Virus record (IMG/VR): IMGVR_UViG_3300049855_000348
Span: 1 to 64,000 of that record
Length of the DNA stretch: 64,000 nucleotides
Reading direction: 5' to 3' (one strand)
The position numbers and the translations under genes were made by a program. Shown here in pieces: positions 1 to 9,816 of this stretch; position 1 is the first letter of the stretch, and each line of letters opens with the position of its first letter. The notes under the pieces were generated by a model. It saw nothing but the letters and a program-made list of their open reading frames with translations, did not search any database and had not been told where the DNA came from.

Positions 1-120
1 TCAAGCTCAAGCTCGTCAAGCTCAAGCTCGTCAAGCTCAAGCTCGTCAAGCTCAAGCTCGTCAAGCTCAAGCTCGTCAAGCTCAAGCTCGTCAAGCTCAA
101 GCTCGTCAAGCTCAAGCTCG
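1..120 (+). repeat. Perfect 15-nt tandem repeat TCAAGCTCAAGCTCG x8, degenerate to 168, encoding poly-Ser
   Basis: Direct reading of the sequence. Confidence 0.95.
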
Positions 121-435
121 TCAAGCTCTTCTTCGTCCTCAAGCTCAAGCTCAAGTTCTTCGTCTTCTGATTGCACCTTGCCTAGTATGATTAGTGATAG
201 TACCGCATATGGTACACAGGGTGTGCCGTTTAGCTTCTTCTTGGTATTCTCACCGGGTCCTATTACTTCTTATTCATACTCACCAATGCCACCGGGTCTT
301 TCCTTGAATAGCTCTACCGGTGAAATCTCTGGTACACCATCAGCTACGACAGTAAGTGCTGGTCTTGCGAGTGCGAATAATAGTTGTGGTAACGGTTATG
401 ACGGACTTACCATTATTATTAGTGGTGGATCCTAA
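1..435 (+). CDS. 5'-partial protein: at least 56 consecutive Ser followed by a putative Ig-like (He_PIG) domain
   Basis: Frame 1 is open from base 1 to TAA at 433-435. LPPGLSLNSSTGEISGTP-type motif (MPPGLSLNSSTGEISGTPS) matches He_PIG repeats. Confidence 0.7.
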   Translation, partial: SSSSSSSSSSSSSSSSSSSSSSSSSSSSSSSSSSSSSSSSSSSSSSSSSSSSSSSSDCTLPSMISDSTAYGTQGVPFSFFLVFSPGPITSYSYSPMPPGLSLNSSTGEISGTPSATTVSAGLASANNSCGNGYDGLTIIISGGS

Positions 436-438
436 CAA

Positions 439-1506
439 CTAATCGCAGCAGTTTACTTCACACTGATATTTGATCATCGGAACACCGCTGAGCAGTCCGC
501 GATTGTTGAACAGTTTGATCCAACCAGAAAGCTGTTCGGTATTCACACGAACGCCAGCAATGGCAATTTCGCTGAGCAGCGAGTTGGTGAGGAAGAGTTC
601 ACCGCACTGCCCCTGAACATGCAGGGCATAGTCCGCATTCTCGAATGAGCAGCGATCGATACAGACGCTGTGGTGAACGGCATCGGTAACGGTGATCAGT
701 GCGGGATTGTTGACTGCGCTGCCAAGCGTCAAACGACGGTAGAGACCGCCGTAATGAATGTTCAGCAATGGCTGACCGTTGATGGCTTTGGTGAAGTTGA
801 TGCGATCGAGCAGGCAGCCGATGCGCTCGAAGTATTGACGGCTCAGACTGCTTGGAGGGTAAGCGGTGGTCTCTTTGTAAGAAACCAGACTGTACTCGAT
901 GTCCAGACATGGAATGCAGTTCGTGATGCTCGCCGGCTTGTTGGTTTCCACGTTTCCAAGACGAGCACGATCAACGATGAGCGACATGCGATTCAGCGTG
1001 GTATCGAGACCGTCAGCGGTATTGGCAGCAGTGAGTTCGTTGCCGCTCATCTCGATATCGAGAGGAACACCCTGAATCTTCTTGAGCGTTACTTGACCAT
1101 TACCACACAGTAAGAGTTTGCCGTAGCCTTCGGTGACGATGCCGTTGAATTCAACGTCATTTTCCGGCGAGCGGAAGAAGATACCCTGTGCCGCAATGGT
1201 GACACCGGCGAAGTAGAATTTGCACTGACCAACCGCACTGAAGTAGAGGAAGTATTGGCTGGTCATCACCAGACGAGCCTGCAACCACCCCTGATCGCTG
1301 GTGGTGATGGTGATAACGCTGTTCACCTGACGCAGGATGCTCAGGAAGATGTTCGCCACTTCATGATCACCGGGTCCGAGTAAAATGCGGTAATTCTCGG
1401 TATCCGAAACGATGTAGTTGTTGAAATCGGAGACGATCTGAAGCAGACACAGATTCAGTGTCGGGAAATCACCAGAGCCATCGACGTTGATGTGGTAGGT
1501 GATCAT
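439..1506 (-). CDS. Hypothetical virion-associated protein
   Basis: 355-aa ORF coupled to the upstream DUF2341 gene (ATGA overlap). Confidence 0.6.
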   Translation of the reverse strand: MITYHINVDGSGDFPTLNLCLLQIVSDFNNYIVSDTENYRILLGPGDHEVANIFLSILRQVNSVITITTSDQGWLQARLVMTSQYFLYFSAVGQCKFYFAGVTIAAQGIFFRSPENDVEFNGIVTEGYGKLLLCGNGQVTLKKIQGVPLDIEMSGNELTAANTADGLDTTLNRMSLIVDRARLGNVETNKPASITNCIPCLDIEYSLVSYKETTAYPPSSLSRQYFERIGCLLDRINFTKAINGQPLLNIHYGGLYRRLTLGSAVNNPALITVTDAVHHSVCIDRCSFENADYALHVQGQCGELFLTNSLLSEIAIAGVRVNTEQLSGWIKLFNNRGLLSGVPMIKYQCEVNCCD

Positions 1507-3110
1507 GGGTAGCTCAGCGGATTGTCTTTGAGGAGGCCGTTCTTATCGCATGGGCCACACCACGTGCGCAGTTGGAACTTGGCTCCCGCCTCGTTGTAAA
1601 CCATCAGGTTCGACCAACCGTCTTCACCGGCCTGACTATGCACGTGCTGGATGAACACTGGCAGCGATGGATCGCAAGTCTCCATACCCAGTGGTTCGAG
1701 GCAGAAGAGGAAGCGAGCGCAGCATGGGCCACCGATCACGTTATTGATGGCGTAGCTGTTGAGGTCGGTGTACTTGGTGACGTTGGCGTAGACATCCGGA
1801 TTCGTCGGATCAGCCAGACGAGAGTGGAGATCTTGACCGAGCTTCTGCCACTCGCTGAGCGTCATGTACTCTGGCATTCCAAATGGACCACTGATCCAGT
1901 GGACAACCGGCTGTGAAGCGAGTTGATAGAAGACGTTGTAGTCAGAGTAGACGTGGTTGAGGTCGATCTGACCGACGATGGTGATCGGTACTTCATAGTT
2001 CTCGACGACAACGGGAACCACCGCTGGAATCGTCACGAGAGCGCCGGCAGCGACCATCGACGAAGGGTTGAGGAACACCAGACGCTCAAGTGCGATGTCG
2101 GCGAGTTCCTTTTTCGAGTTGGCGAAACGGAACAGTGAGAAACGACCGAGCCATTCATAACCGCCTGCGGCAGCATTGGCGAAGGTCATCGGAGTTTCAG
2201 TGTTGAGACCGGAGTTGATGTTGGCGAGATCGGTCGTGGCCAGGACAGAATCGAAGTAGACCTTCAAACCGTCAGCAGCCAGAACGATTCCGATGTGATG
2301 CCAGCCGAGATCACCAAGTGCTGGAACCAGGGTGTCTGTTACGAGAGCCCCGTTGACGACACGAAGCGTGAGTGGACCGAAACTGTCTTGGCTGATCAGT
2401 ACCTGAAATTTCTGTGGGCTGGTCAGATCAATCGACGAAATCAACGCAGAGAAACCGGAACCAGGGTTGGCTGCATGTTTGATCCAACCAGTGATGGAGA
2501 ACGAGTCCTCCATGCGTACCTGTGGGAAGTTGATCTTGGTCGCAATTGTGATCTTGCCGCATGGCAGACCGTTGAGTCCAGCCTCTTCGGTAACTGCTCC
2601 CAGGATGATCACGCCATCGTTGTTGGCGGGGGTCAGGTCATGAACGTAGGAGCCATCAACTTCGCCGAGAGTAACGATGTCTTCATCGATCGCCCAGGTA
2701 GCACTTGGTTCGGGCTGGGCGGGGTCACTTTGGGTACGACCGCAGTACAGGTAGATCAGGGTGTCTGCTACGCTGCTGATGACTGGGATCTTCACCCATA
2801 CCATCAGGTGACCGGTGACCGGATCGTAGACTTGGACCTTGCAGGGGATGTGGTCGATCTGATTGGAGTCGGTGAAGGCGATATCACTGCCATCACTGTT
2901 GACGACGTTGCCGCCATTGGCGATCGTCCGTAGACCGGCGTCGGTGATATCCACCAAGATGACGTAGTTGGTGCGATCAACTAAGAAATTCACCGAATCG
3001 ATGGTGATCGGCATACGGTGGGTGTAGCCACCGAGCAGATACCCTGCGGGGTTCGAGATCGTCTTCCTGTGGGGGAGGAAGGCGTGGTTCTTGATCGTTA
3101 CGTCGGGCAC
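1503..3110 (-). CDS. DUF2341 plus LamG/concanavalin-A-like protein (tail or adhesin-like)
   Basis: N-terminal SDIAFTD...WVKIP...IYLYCG (DUF2341). FSITGWIK...WHHIGIV...VYFD (LamG). Late TAGATA motif upstream. Confidence 0.75.
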   Translation of the reverse strand: MPDVTIKNHAFLPHRKTISNPAGYLLGGYTHRMPITIDSVNFLVDRTNYVILVDITDAGLRTIANGGNVVNSDGSDIAFTDSNQIDHIPCKVQVYDPVTGHLMVWVKIPVISSVADTLIYLYCGRTQSDPAQPEPSATWAIDEDIVTLGEVDGSYVHDLTPANNDGVIILGAVTEEAGLNGLPCGKITIATKINFPQVRMEDSFSITGWIKHAANPGSGFSALISSIDLTSPQKFQVLISQDSFGPLTLRVVNGALVTDTLVPALGDLGWHHIGIVLAADGLKVYFDSVLATTDLANINSGLNTETPMTFANAAAGGYEWLGRFSLFRFANSKKELADIALERLVFLNPSSMVAAGALVTIPAVVPVVVENYEVPITIVGQIDLNHVYSDYNVFYQLASQPVVHWISGPFGMPEYMTLSEWQKLGQDLHSRLADPTNPDVYANVTKYTDLNSYAINNVIGGPCCARFLFCLEPLGMETCDPSLPVFIQHVHSQAGEDGWSNLMVYNEAGAKFQLRTWCGPCDKNGLLKDNPLSYP

Positions 3111-3128
3111 GCCTTATCTAGCAGTCAA

Positions 3129-3698
3129 TCAACCAAAACGGCAAACGGGAGTCAGTTCACAGGAGCTTTGCGTGGTGGCCTTACGAGCCTGTTCCTGGGT
3201 ATGCAGTGCCTGAGAGACCTCTTCGGCTTGCAAACGCTGGTTGTTGACCAGTGAATGGGTAGACACCCGAGCGACGAAGTCGGCCAGATCAAGCTCAATA
3301 CGGTTGAAGACTTCGGCCTTGATGTGAGCCTTGTCCAGGCACTCCTGCGCACCGGCAGGATCCTGGGTGTAGACGGTCAGGAAGGCAGAGGGGTCGAGGT
3401 CGGTGATGTTCAGCAGGAGGTTGAGGGCGGTACCATCCATCTCAACCCGGTCGATCATCTCCAGGTATTTGTACTCGTTCGATTCCGGATCAGTCGTCCA
3501 CCAGGAGGTCACGACGATGCGCGGGCGGATGCCAGCCTTGAAGAGACGCCAGTAGAGTCCGATAGCTTCGACTTGTGAGTCAGAGGTGTGTACCGTGGCT
3601 CCAAGCCCTTCAAACATTCGTGTGAGGGCTTTGGAGGTTCTTTTATCACTCATCAACAGCAGGACATGAGCATCATGCAGGATAGAGATGGTATTCAT
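3129..3698 (-). CDS. CheY-like pseudo-receiver domain protein
   Basis: Receiver secondary-structure pattern (HVLLL..TRMFEGLGATV..EAI..PRIVVT..DG..LL..I..LDP), but the acidic active-site residues are replaced. Confidence 0.55.
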   Translation of the reverse strand: MNTISILHDAHVLLLMSDKRTSKALTRMFEGLGATVHTSDSQVEAIGLYWRLFKAGIRPRIVVTSWWTTDPESNEYKYLEMIDRVEMDGTALNLLLNITDLDPSAFLTVYTQDPAGAQECLDKAHIKAEVFNRIELDLADFVARVSTHSLVNNQRLQAEEVSQALHTQEQARKATTQSSCELTPVCRFG

Positions 3699-3704
3699 GA
3701 GGTT

Positions 3705-4262
3705 TCACCTTGGCCGTTTTTGGAAATGCGAAACTTCAGCTTCGAGTCTGGCGATGTCTTGCAGAGCGCCATCGTTTTTATCAACGAGGTTCTGCAATGT
3801 ACTCTTCAGGTTCGAGATCTCATTGGTGGTTGTGGCCTCACTGCGTAAAAGACTGCGAACATCGTCTCTCAACGTGTCCCAGTCTTGACGCTGTGTTTGC
3901 AAACCAGAGATGAGAATCTGAAGACGTGATTCAAGATTCTGTTGCTGTGCGAAATGATTCTGTTGTTCAATGGCACGATCATCAAGACGTTGGTGGATAC
4001 GAGTGATCGCAGCATTGAATTCATTACGAATTATTTCTGAAACATCATCATTACTCTCATTCAGATCGACCTTCACCTGATTGAGATGTTCTTTGACGAT
4101 AGAAGAGATCTTCTCTTCGTGTGGATTTGCTTCCTGATATTTCAGGATCTGTTCGAGCTTGGTGTTGACCTCGCCTTTCCAGATGCCGGCCTGAAAGATC
4201 CAGACAACACATCCACCGCCAGTGATCAGGGCGATGATCGAGATAACGAGGTTCCAGTCCAT
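3705..4262 (-). CDS. Single N-terminal TM plus coiled-coil protein (holin-like or membrane anchor)
   Basis: Hydrophobic residues 4-24 followed by heptad-rich sequence. Confidence 0.55.
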   Translation of the reverse strand: MDWNLVISIIALITGGGCVVWIFQAGIWKGEVNTKLEQILKYQEANPHEEKISSIVKEHLNQVKVDLNESNDDVSEIIRNEFNAAITRIHQRLDDRAIEQQNHFAQQQNLESRLQILISGLQTQRQDWDTLRDDVRSLLRSEATTTNEISNLKSTLQNLVDKNDGALQDIARLEAEVSHFQKRPR

Positions 4263-4272
4263 GACCTATGTA

Positions 4273-5031
4273 TCAGATCACTGTGTCGAATCTGGTGACA
4301 TATGCGACCCATCCGGTCGACAGAGCAGTGAGGACCAATGTGAAGTTGGGAGCGTTGTAGACCACAGAAGCAGACACATCAAAAGTGCCACCGGAATCCG
4401 GATGATTGAGGTAATCACTGATCAGGTATGAGAACTGATTGGCCGCACGCATGATGAGGGTCAGTTTGTAGCTTTCCATCACGCCATCTTTTCGCAGGAT
4501 GATGTCGTAGACGGTCTTGTGCAGGGTTCCTTCGGCGATCGAATCGATGTAATTTTCACCAACAGAAAGCGGTACTGGTGCCGGTGTCGCATTTCCGATC
4601 GGCAACACAGACCGCTCTGTCAGTACCTTGATTCCAGTGCCGATGAGCGGGTAGATCATCCCGCCTTCGCCAATCACGTAGAAGTGTAGATCGCTAGATC
4701 CATTGGGGGTGAACGGCAACACCGCCTCATAGACTCGGCCCACCACGAAGCCAGCAGGCATGACCTCTCTACTGCCAGACTTCCTTGGCAGGACGATGCA
4801 CTGACCGATAGCACGGATGGCGACGATCTTCACAGCGTCGTAGCGCAGTGGGTAGATCATCCCAGCTTCGCCGACCACGTAGAAGTGCAGGTCGCTGGAG
4901 CCGTTTGGGGTGAATGATCCGACGATCGGGTAACGGGTACCAATCTTGAAACCAGCCGGCAGCACCGTCCGTGTCCCCGACTTCCGGGGCAGTACCATAC
5001 AGAGCCCGCTGATTGTCGTGTTTACATCCAC
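4273..5031 (-). CDS. Hypothetical protein with an internal duplication of about 67 aa
   Basis: C.VLPRKSG.R.V.PAGF..G..Y....FTPNGSSDLHFYV.GE.GMIYPL occurs twice. TAGATA motif upstream. Confidence 0.7.
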   Translation of the reverse strand: MDVNTTISGLCMVLPRKSGTRTVLPAGFKIGTRYPIVGSFTPNGSSDLHFYVVGEAGMIYPLRYDAVKIVAIRAIGQCIVLPRKSGSREVMPAGFVVGRVYEAVLPFTPNGSSDLHFYVIGEGGMIYPLIGTGIKVLTERSVLPIGNATPAPVPLSVGENYIDSIAEGTLHKTVYDIILRKDGVMESYKLTLIMRAANQFSYLISDYLNHPDSGGTFDVSASVVYNAPNFTLVLTALSTGWVAYVTRFDTVI

Positions 5032-5034
5032 GAT

Positions 5035-5310
5035 CTATCTAGCTTTCAATTTGCCACAGCCGCAGGACTTGGAACGACCAGAATAGAGATTTCCCGACAA
5101 AATCAGCACTTCTTTTCCGCAGTCACACCGGCATGCCCAGGCGCGGGAACGTGGGTGGTGCATCGTCACTGGAGCCAGGGCGACCAGCTTTCCGAAGCGT
5201 TGGCCTGTCACATCTTTGGCTCTCACACAACTATGTATGTTGGTTCCGTAGATAAGAATCCCAAGCCTCCACATCCTCCTGAAGGAAAGTCCCATGACCG
5301 AAACCACCAA
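5035..5310 (-). pseudogene. Fragment like the N-terminus of phage HNH/AP2 homing endonucleases (start uncertain)
   Basis: DVTGQRFGKL...WACRCDCG...L.SG.SKSCGC with no nuclease domain following. Confidence 0.5.
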
Positions 5311-5722
5311 TGCCTACTACACCGACAAGACGCCGCCGCTCATCAAGATGACGGCGTTCACGGATCTGAGCGAGCAGGAAGTCGCCAAGATGCGCTCCTT
5401 CCGCACGGTGTCCGACCCCCTGATCCAGCCCGGTGAAGTGTTCTTCTACATGCCCAACAGTGGCGGTGCGAAGAACATCGAGGGTGATGATCGCTTCTGG
5501 GAGTCGAACAAGCGCATCAGCGCGGCCTTCCTCAACGAAGCGAATCCGATGAACCGTCGTAAGGTCGAAACCCTCCAGTCCAACGGTTCTTCGGTCACCG
5601 AGTTCCGTGAACTCGCTGCCACTGCCGCCCATGCCAACGATCAGCGTTGCATCAAGGTCATGTGGCTCAACCCGGTCACCAGCCCGGACTCCTTTGTCCA
5701 GGTCCGTGTCAACCTGAAGTGA
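5294..5722 (+). CDS. Hypothetical late protein
   Basis: 142 aa, SD GAAGGA, TAGATA at 5249-5254, GC3-biased codons. Confidence 0.75.
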   Translation: MTETTNAYYTDKTPPLIKMTAFTDLSEQEVAKMRSFRTVSDPLIQPGEVFFYMPNSGGAKNIEGDDRFWESNKRISAAFLNEANPMNRRKVETLQSNGSSVTEFRELAATAAHANDQRCIKVMWLNPVTSPDSFVQVRVNLK

Positions 5723-5773
5723 TCCCTGTCTCGGGCGGTGGTTCTAACAGCCACCGCCCGAGGTAGATAAACC

Positions 5774-6520
5774 ATGCCGATTTTCCCACGCGACAACGCC
5801 CGTTACGGTGATCCTGTGCGTCTCAACGCACAGTTCTTCAGTGGCGGTGTCTTGTTTGATCCGCCCATTCTTGAACGGGTCGAGATCTATCGTGGCGGAG
5901 ACGGTACCGAGAATGGTGGTGTCCTGGTCGATACGGTCGACAGCGCCAACATTTTCCAGACCGATGTGGGTCTCTACTACATCATCCTCGATCTGCTCTA
6001 CCATGCGTCGCCTTCGCCGGCACCGCTCTCGCCTGAAGATCCCGCTGCCATCATTCCGCAGATGCGGTACTATGATCGCTGGATCTACCGTGAAGAGGTT
6101 GACGGTCCCGAAGTCCACAGCGTTGGTCTGAGCTTCTACCTCTATCCGAGTGGTTCATTCGTCTGTGATGACACCTCGAAGTGGCGCTTCGAGATGAAGC
6201 CCGATCGCAAGCGTATCGTCAAGGGCGAGAACCTGGACATTCGTTTGCAGATCATCCCGGTACCGCTCTACCGCAGCCGCCGCGAGCCGATCGTCGACTA
6301 CCTGATGCCCATCAGCACGATGCGGTACCGGCTGATTGACGTTCAGAACAATCAACTGGTCGACTGGACCACGATTGCATTCACTGGCAAGGAAGGCATC
6401 CTGCCAACCAACATCTTCGCCGCCCTGCAACTCGGCGAGTACCACGTCATTGCCGAACTCACCCTTCCAAACGGTCAGTCAGTCAGATACCCACGTCTCC
6501 CCGTGATGCTTGTCGACTGA
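5774..6520 (+). CDS. Hypothetical late (structural?) protein
   Basis: 248 aa, TAGATA 4 nt upstream of ATG. Confidence 0.75.
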   Translation: MPIFPRDNARYGDPVRLNAQFFSGGVLFDPPILERVEIYRGGDGTENGGVLVDTVDSANIFQTDVGLYYIILDLLYHASPSPAPLSPEDPAAIIPQMRYYDRWIYREEVDGPEVHSVGLSFYLYPSGSFVCDDTSKWRFEMKPDRKRIVKGENLDIRLQIIPVPLYRSRREPIVDYLMPISTMRYRLIDVQNNQLVDWTTIAFTGKEGILPTNIFAALQLGEYHVIAELTLPNGQSVRYPRLPVMLVD

Positions 6521-6552
6521 CACCCTAGATAAAACATCGAGAGGCCAAAGCC

Positions 6553-7596
6553 ATGCCGACCAAATCTATCATCCACGAGAGCGTCGTCAGCGTCCTGAAG
6601 GAAGCTGGTGTCAAGCCCAAGGGAAGCGGCATCGCCCCCTCGAACCATCGCGGTCTGCTCGCTGAGAGCGGTCGTGCGGAACTGCTCGACAAGAAGTCGG
6701 TGGCAGTCATCAAGATGCAGTCGCATCCGAAGCTGTCGGACTGCTCTTGGGAAGCCAAGACCGTCGCCGAAGCCAAGACCCAGGCGTTCGCCGCCTGCAA
6801 GAAGGCTGGCGGGTTCGCCATCTTCGAGTCGTGCAAGGACGGCGTGCTGACCTGCCGCTTCACCCGCGACGCCGCCAAGGCGACCGTCAAGGATGAGGCC
6901 ACCCTGGCTGCCAGCATCAAGGAAGACGACGAGACCGACGGCACCGGTGAACCGACCGGCGACACCAAGACCGATGTCGAAGCCAAGAACGACAAGGGCG
7001 TCTCCCTCAAGACCGATGTCCAGGTCGACAACAAGGGCGAGAATCTGGCCGAAGGCGAGAACGAAGTCGAGACCAAGAAGATCTTCGTGAACAAAGAGAA
7101 GCTGGCCAAATACAAGGAACTGATGGCCAAGAAGGCGGAAGCCGCCAAGAAGAAGCCGGCCACTGCCGAAGAGAAGAAGGAAGTCGCCGAGCAGATCGCC
7201 GCCATCGACGCCGAACTCGATCAGATCAGCGAAGAGTTCTACAGCACCCGCTCGAAGACCATCACCTTCGTACTCTACGAAGGTGGCGTTGCTGAAGTCC
7301 ACGGCCTCAACGAAGATGAACTGGCTCCGTTCGGCGGCACCGCCCCGGCGATGCCCGTCCGCTACGCCAAGAAGGCCAAGGATGCTGGTCCGAACAGCAA
7401 GGTCGACATGGGCGTGTTCTCGCTCCAGAAGATCGAAGGCATGGCCGCCCAGTCGGCGACCATCCTCACCGGCAAGGACTTCAAGGCCAATGGCTGGGGA
7501 ACCCCGGGCAAGGGCACCGGCAAGCAGGGCAAGTGGTCGGATACGGGCAAGCACCCGCTCGACTCGGCCAAGAAGCTCAAAGCCGGCCAGGAGTGA
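6553..7596 (+). CDS. Lys/Ala/Glu-rich late protein, probable head or internal protein
   Basis: 347 aa, strong codon bias, TAGATA upstream, [IL]xE motifs near the N-terminus, own terminator. Confidence 0.75.
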   Translation: MPTKSIIHESVVSVLKEAGVKPKGSGIAPSNHRGLLAESGRAELLDKKSVAVIKMQSHPKLSDCSWEAKTVAEAKTQAFAACKKAGGFAIFESCKDGVLTCRFTRDAAKATVKDEATLAASIKEDDETDGTGEPTGDTKTDVEAKNDKGVSLKTDVQVDNKGENLAEGENEVETKKIFVNKEKLAKYKELMAKKAEAAKKKPATAEEKKEVAEQIAAIDAELDQISEEFYSTRSKTITFVLYEGGVAEVHGLNEDELAPFGGTAPAMPVRYAKKAKDAGPNSKVDMGVFSLQKIEGMAAQSATILTGKDFKANGWGTPGKGTGKQGKWSDTGKHPLDSAKKLKAGQE

Positions 7597-7603
7597 GCCG
7601 ATC

Positions 7604-7630
7604 AAACCCCGGGTTGCCCCGGGGTTTTTT
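7604..7630 (+). terminator. Rho-independent terminator
   Basis: AAACCCCGGG-TTGC-CCCGGGGTTT followed by a T tract. Confidence 0.85.
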
Positions 7631-7650
7631 CATGCCTATCGATAAGGGTG

Positions 7651-7678
7651 TTGACTTAGACTAAAGTGTCGCTATACT
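7651..7678 (+). promoter_or_regulatory. Early promoter (conserved class I)
   Basis: TTGACT-N16-TATACT with TAGAC and GTCGC in the spacer. Confidence 0.85.
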
Positions 7679-7702
7679 GTGCTCATCAACCAAGGAGCAC
7701 TT

Positions 7703-8575
7703 ATGGCCGTCACCGTCAAAGCCTCGTCCGACCTCCAACTCTCGCTGCGCCTGGACAGCAAGCTCGGAGCCGAGAATCCCGCCGCCTTCGGCGTGAAGCG
7801 CGGCTATGACGGTGCCGATCGCTTCTTCCTCAAGCCGGGTGAGACCTACTTCGCCGGTCGCGTGGTACGGGTTCGCAGTCATACGGTGCAGGTGATGTCT
7901 GACGTGTGGGCTGATGAGACCTTGGTTGAGGTGGCTCTGCCCAACGGTCAGGTCGAAGAGATCATCCTCGGCTACAGCGGTGATGCTGAGGTCACGGTTG
8001 ACGCCACTCCAGCGGTGCTCTCGAAGGTCGAGACCTACAAGAACGTCGCCATGAAGCTCGAACAGGCGCTCTCCAAAGCCCAGGCCGAAGTCGACCGTTT
8101 GAAGCCGGCCCTGCGCAAGGGTGGCAAGGCGCTGGCCTTCAAGGGTCGCAAGGTGAAGGTCGGTACCGAGGTCGAGATCTTCTGGTCCGGCACCGTCCGC
8201 AACAAGTTCAACGGCTGCAACGAGCACCGTCTGGGTGTGATCCTGCCCAACGGAGACAAGACCTGGGTCTCGGCTGACAACTTCGAGCCCCTGCCCACCC
8301 CGGCAGAAGTCGCCGCCTACGGGTACGCCCTGAAGTTCCTGGATCTCGCCACGGTCGCCTCCCTGGAAGGTCCGAAGGATGTTGGCGACCTGGGCAACTA
8401 CGAGGAGGCCAAGCTCGCCAACCGTGAAGCTGAAGAGGACCTGCGTCGTCTGATGCCGGCCCGGGTCCGGGCTCGGGAGTTCGTCCGTGGGCAGGATGGC
8501 GATGAGGCTGCAAGCGAGCACGAGCGCCTGTACGCAGCCGAAAGCCGTCAGGAGGTGCAGATGGGGGACTACTGA
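7703..8575 (+). CDS. Hypothetical early protein
   Basis: SD AAGGAG before ATG 7703, downstream of a class I promoter. Confidence 0.75.
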   Translation: MAVTVKASSDLQLSLRLDSKLGAENPAAFGVKRGYDGADRFFLKPGETYFAGRVVRVRSHTVQVMSDVWADETLVEVALPNGQVEEIILGYSGDAEVTVDATPAVLSKVETYKNVAMKLEQALSKAQAEVDRLKPALRKGGKALAFKGRKVKVGTEVEIFWSGTVRNKFNGCNEHRLGVILPNGDKTWVSADNFEPLPTPAEVAAYGYALKFLDLATVASLEGPKDVGDLGNYEEAKLANREAEEDLRRLMPARVRAREFVRGQDGDEAASEHERLYAAESRQEVQMGDY

Positions 8576-8615
8576 GAAAGTCCCGCAAATCGACCGCAAA
8601 GGGGGTTGGCGCTGC

Positions 8616-8621
8616 TAGATA
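8616..8621 (+). promoter_or_regulatory. Late promoter motif TAGATA (class II). Other copies: 3115-3120(-), 5036-5041(-), 5249, 5764, 6526, 50163, 54171, 59792; variants at 35243(-), 49784, 57148
   Basis: (G/C)TAGATA recurs mostly 4-8 nt upstream of structural-gene start codons. Confidence 0.7.
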
Positions 8622-8625
8622 AGCC

Positions 8626-9813
8626 GTGCCAACCCAGTTCGCATCCAATGTCAAAATCGGCCAGGACATCTTCGTCAACGATCTGGCGGTGTTGTATCTG
8701 TCGTACCGGATGCTCTGGGATAAGGGCAGCCGGCTCGATCTGTTGATCTTCGACCCTGACTGCAAGTTCCACCGGAGCCTGGAAGGCTTGGGTGGGGCAC
8801 CGTCGCCGGCAGTCGAGTTCCAGCTTGAGTACGAACCGTCTGAGGGGGCGCTCTACAAGAACAAGGGCACCAAGCACACCCTCTACCTGATCAAAGCTGG
8901 TCAGGTGCTGACCCCGCTCGGTCTCTGCCTGCGGCTGAAGGCCGTCGACAAGGCCAGCATGCTCCTGCGTGGCACTTCGCTCAACCACAACGCCAACGGG
9001 GTGAAGGCCGGCAAGTTCGTCGAGGCTCTGGCCGGTCGTGTCGGCATCACCGCCAAGATCCCCGACACCGGGGACAACGCCGGCTCTCACCGGGCGGTAC
9101 GTGCCAAGCCGATTGACGCCATCCGCTACGAACTGGACCGAGTGCTCTCCGGTGGTGGCAAGCCCATCAGTCTTCAGTTCGACGACCGTACCGATCAGCA
9201 GGTCCTGACCGGTTTCGAGGAACTGTACGACGCTCAGACTCAGCTACTCACCGACTCTCTCACCGGTGGCACCTACAGCTACGGCGTTGGCATCAAAGAG
9301 AACAATGGAGATTCGGTTTCTTACGGTAACGCCATCTACCATTGGGAACTCGATCAAGACTATCGTCCGGCCATCTGGGGTCACAAGGTCAGCATCGACC
9401 ACCTGAACTCGAAGGGCGAGCAGGTCACCGGTGAGATCTCGGCGAAGCTCTCGAAGAAGCTCGGCATCCAGGGTGACATCCTCGATGCTGGTTCGTCTCG
9501 CCTGCACCTGCCGATGAATGGTCCGGACTCAGCCACCTCAGACGACTACTACGCCAAGGCGGTGATGGTGAACTCAGTCTTCCAGACTGAGATGGCAGTG
9601 ACCAGTGGATGGATGCTGATCGACTCGGATTACAAAGCCTACGACGATCCTACTATTCTGAACCGGAAGCATGTAGTCGTTGCTCTAACAGGCGGAACCA
9701 ACGAGAAGAGTGGGAATGCGATCATTCCCAAGCAGGCGGTGATCATGGGCTTCGAGCATCGTATGACACGCAAGTCGGCCTATACCAGGGTCCACCTGCG
9801 TCGGGGTAGCTAA
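8626..9813 (+). CDS. Baseplate hub protein (T4 gp27 / late control D-like)
   Basis: 395 aa immediately before the tape measure gene; C-terminal VIMGFEHRMT...YTRVHL pattern; synteny. Confidence 0.55.
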   Translation: MPTQFASNVKIGQDIFVNDLAVLYLSYRMLWDKGSRLDLLIFDPDCKFHRSLEGLGGAPSPAVEFQLEYEPSEGALYKNKGTKHTLYLIKAGQVLTPLGLCLRLKAVDKASMLLRGTSLNHNANGVKAGKFVEALAGRVGITAKIPDTGDNAGSHRAVRAKPIDAIRYELDRVLSGGGKPISLQFDDRTDQQVLTGFEELYDAQTQLLTDSLTGGTYSYGVGIKENNGDSVSYGNAIYHWELDQDYRPAIWGHKVSIDHLNSKGEQVTGEISAKLSKKLGIQGDILDAGSSRLHLPMNGPDSATSDDYYAKAVMVNSVFQTEMAVTSGWMLIDSDYKAYDDPTILNRKHVVVALTGGTNEKSGNAIIPKQAVIMGFEHRMTRKSAYTRVHLRRGS

Positions 9814-9816
9814 GCC

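Noticed and set aside
1-168. CRISPR-like array
   Set aside because: Head-to-tail 15-nt repeats without spacers, in frame as poly-Ser
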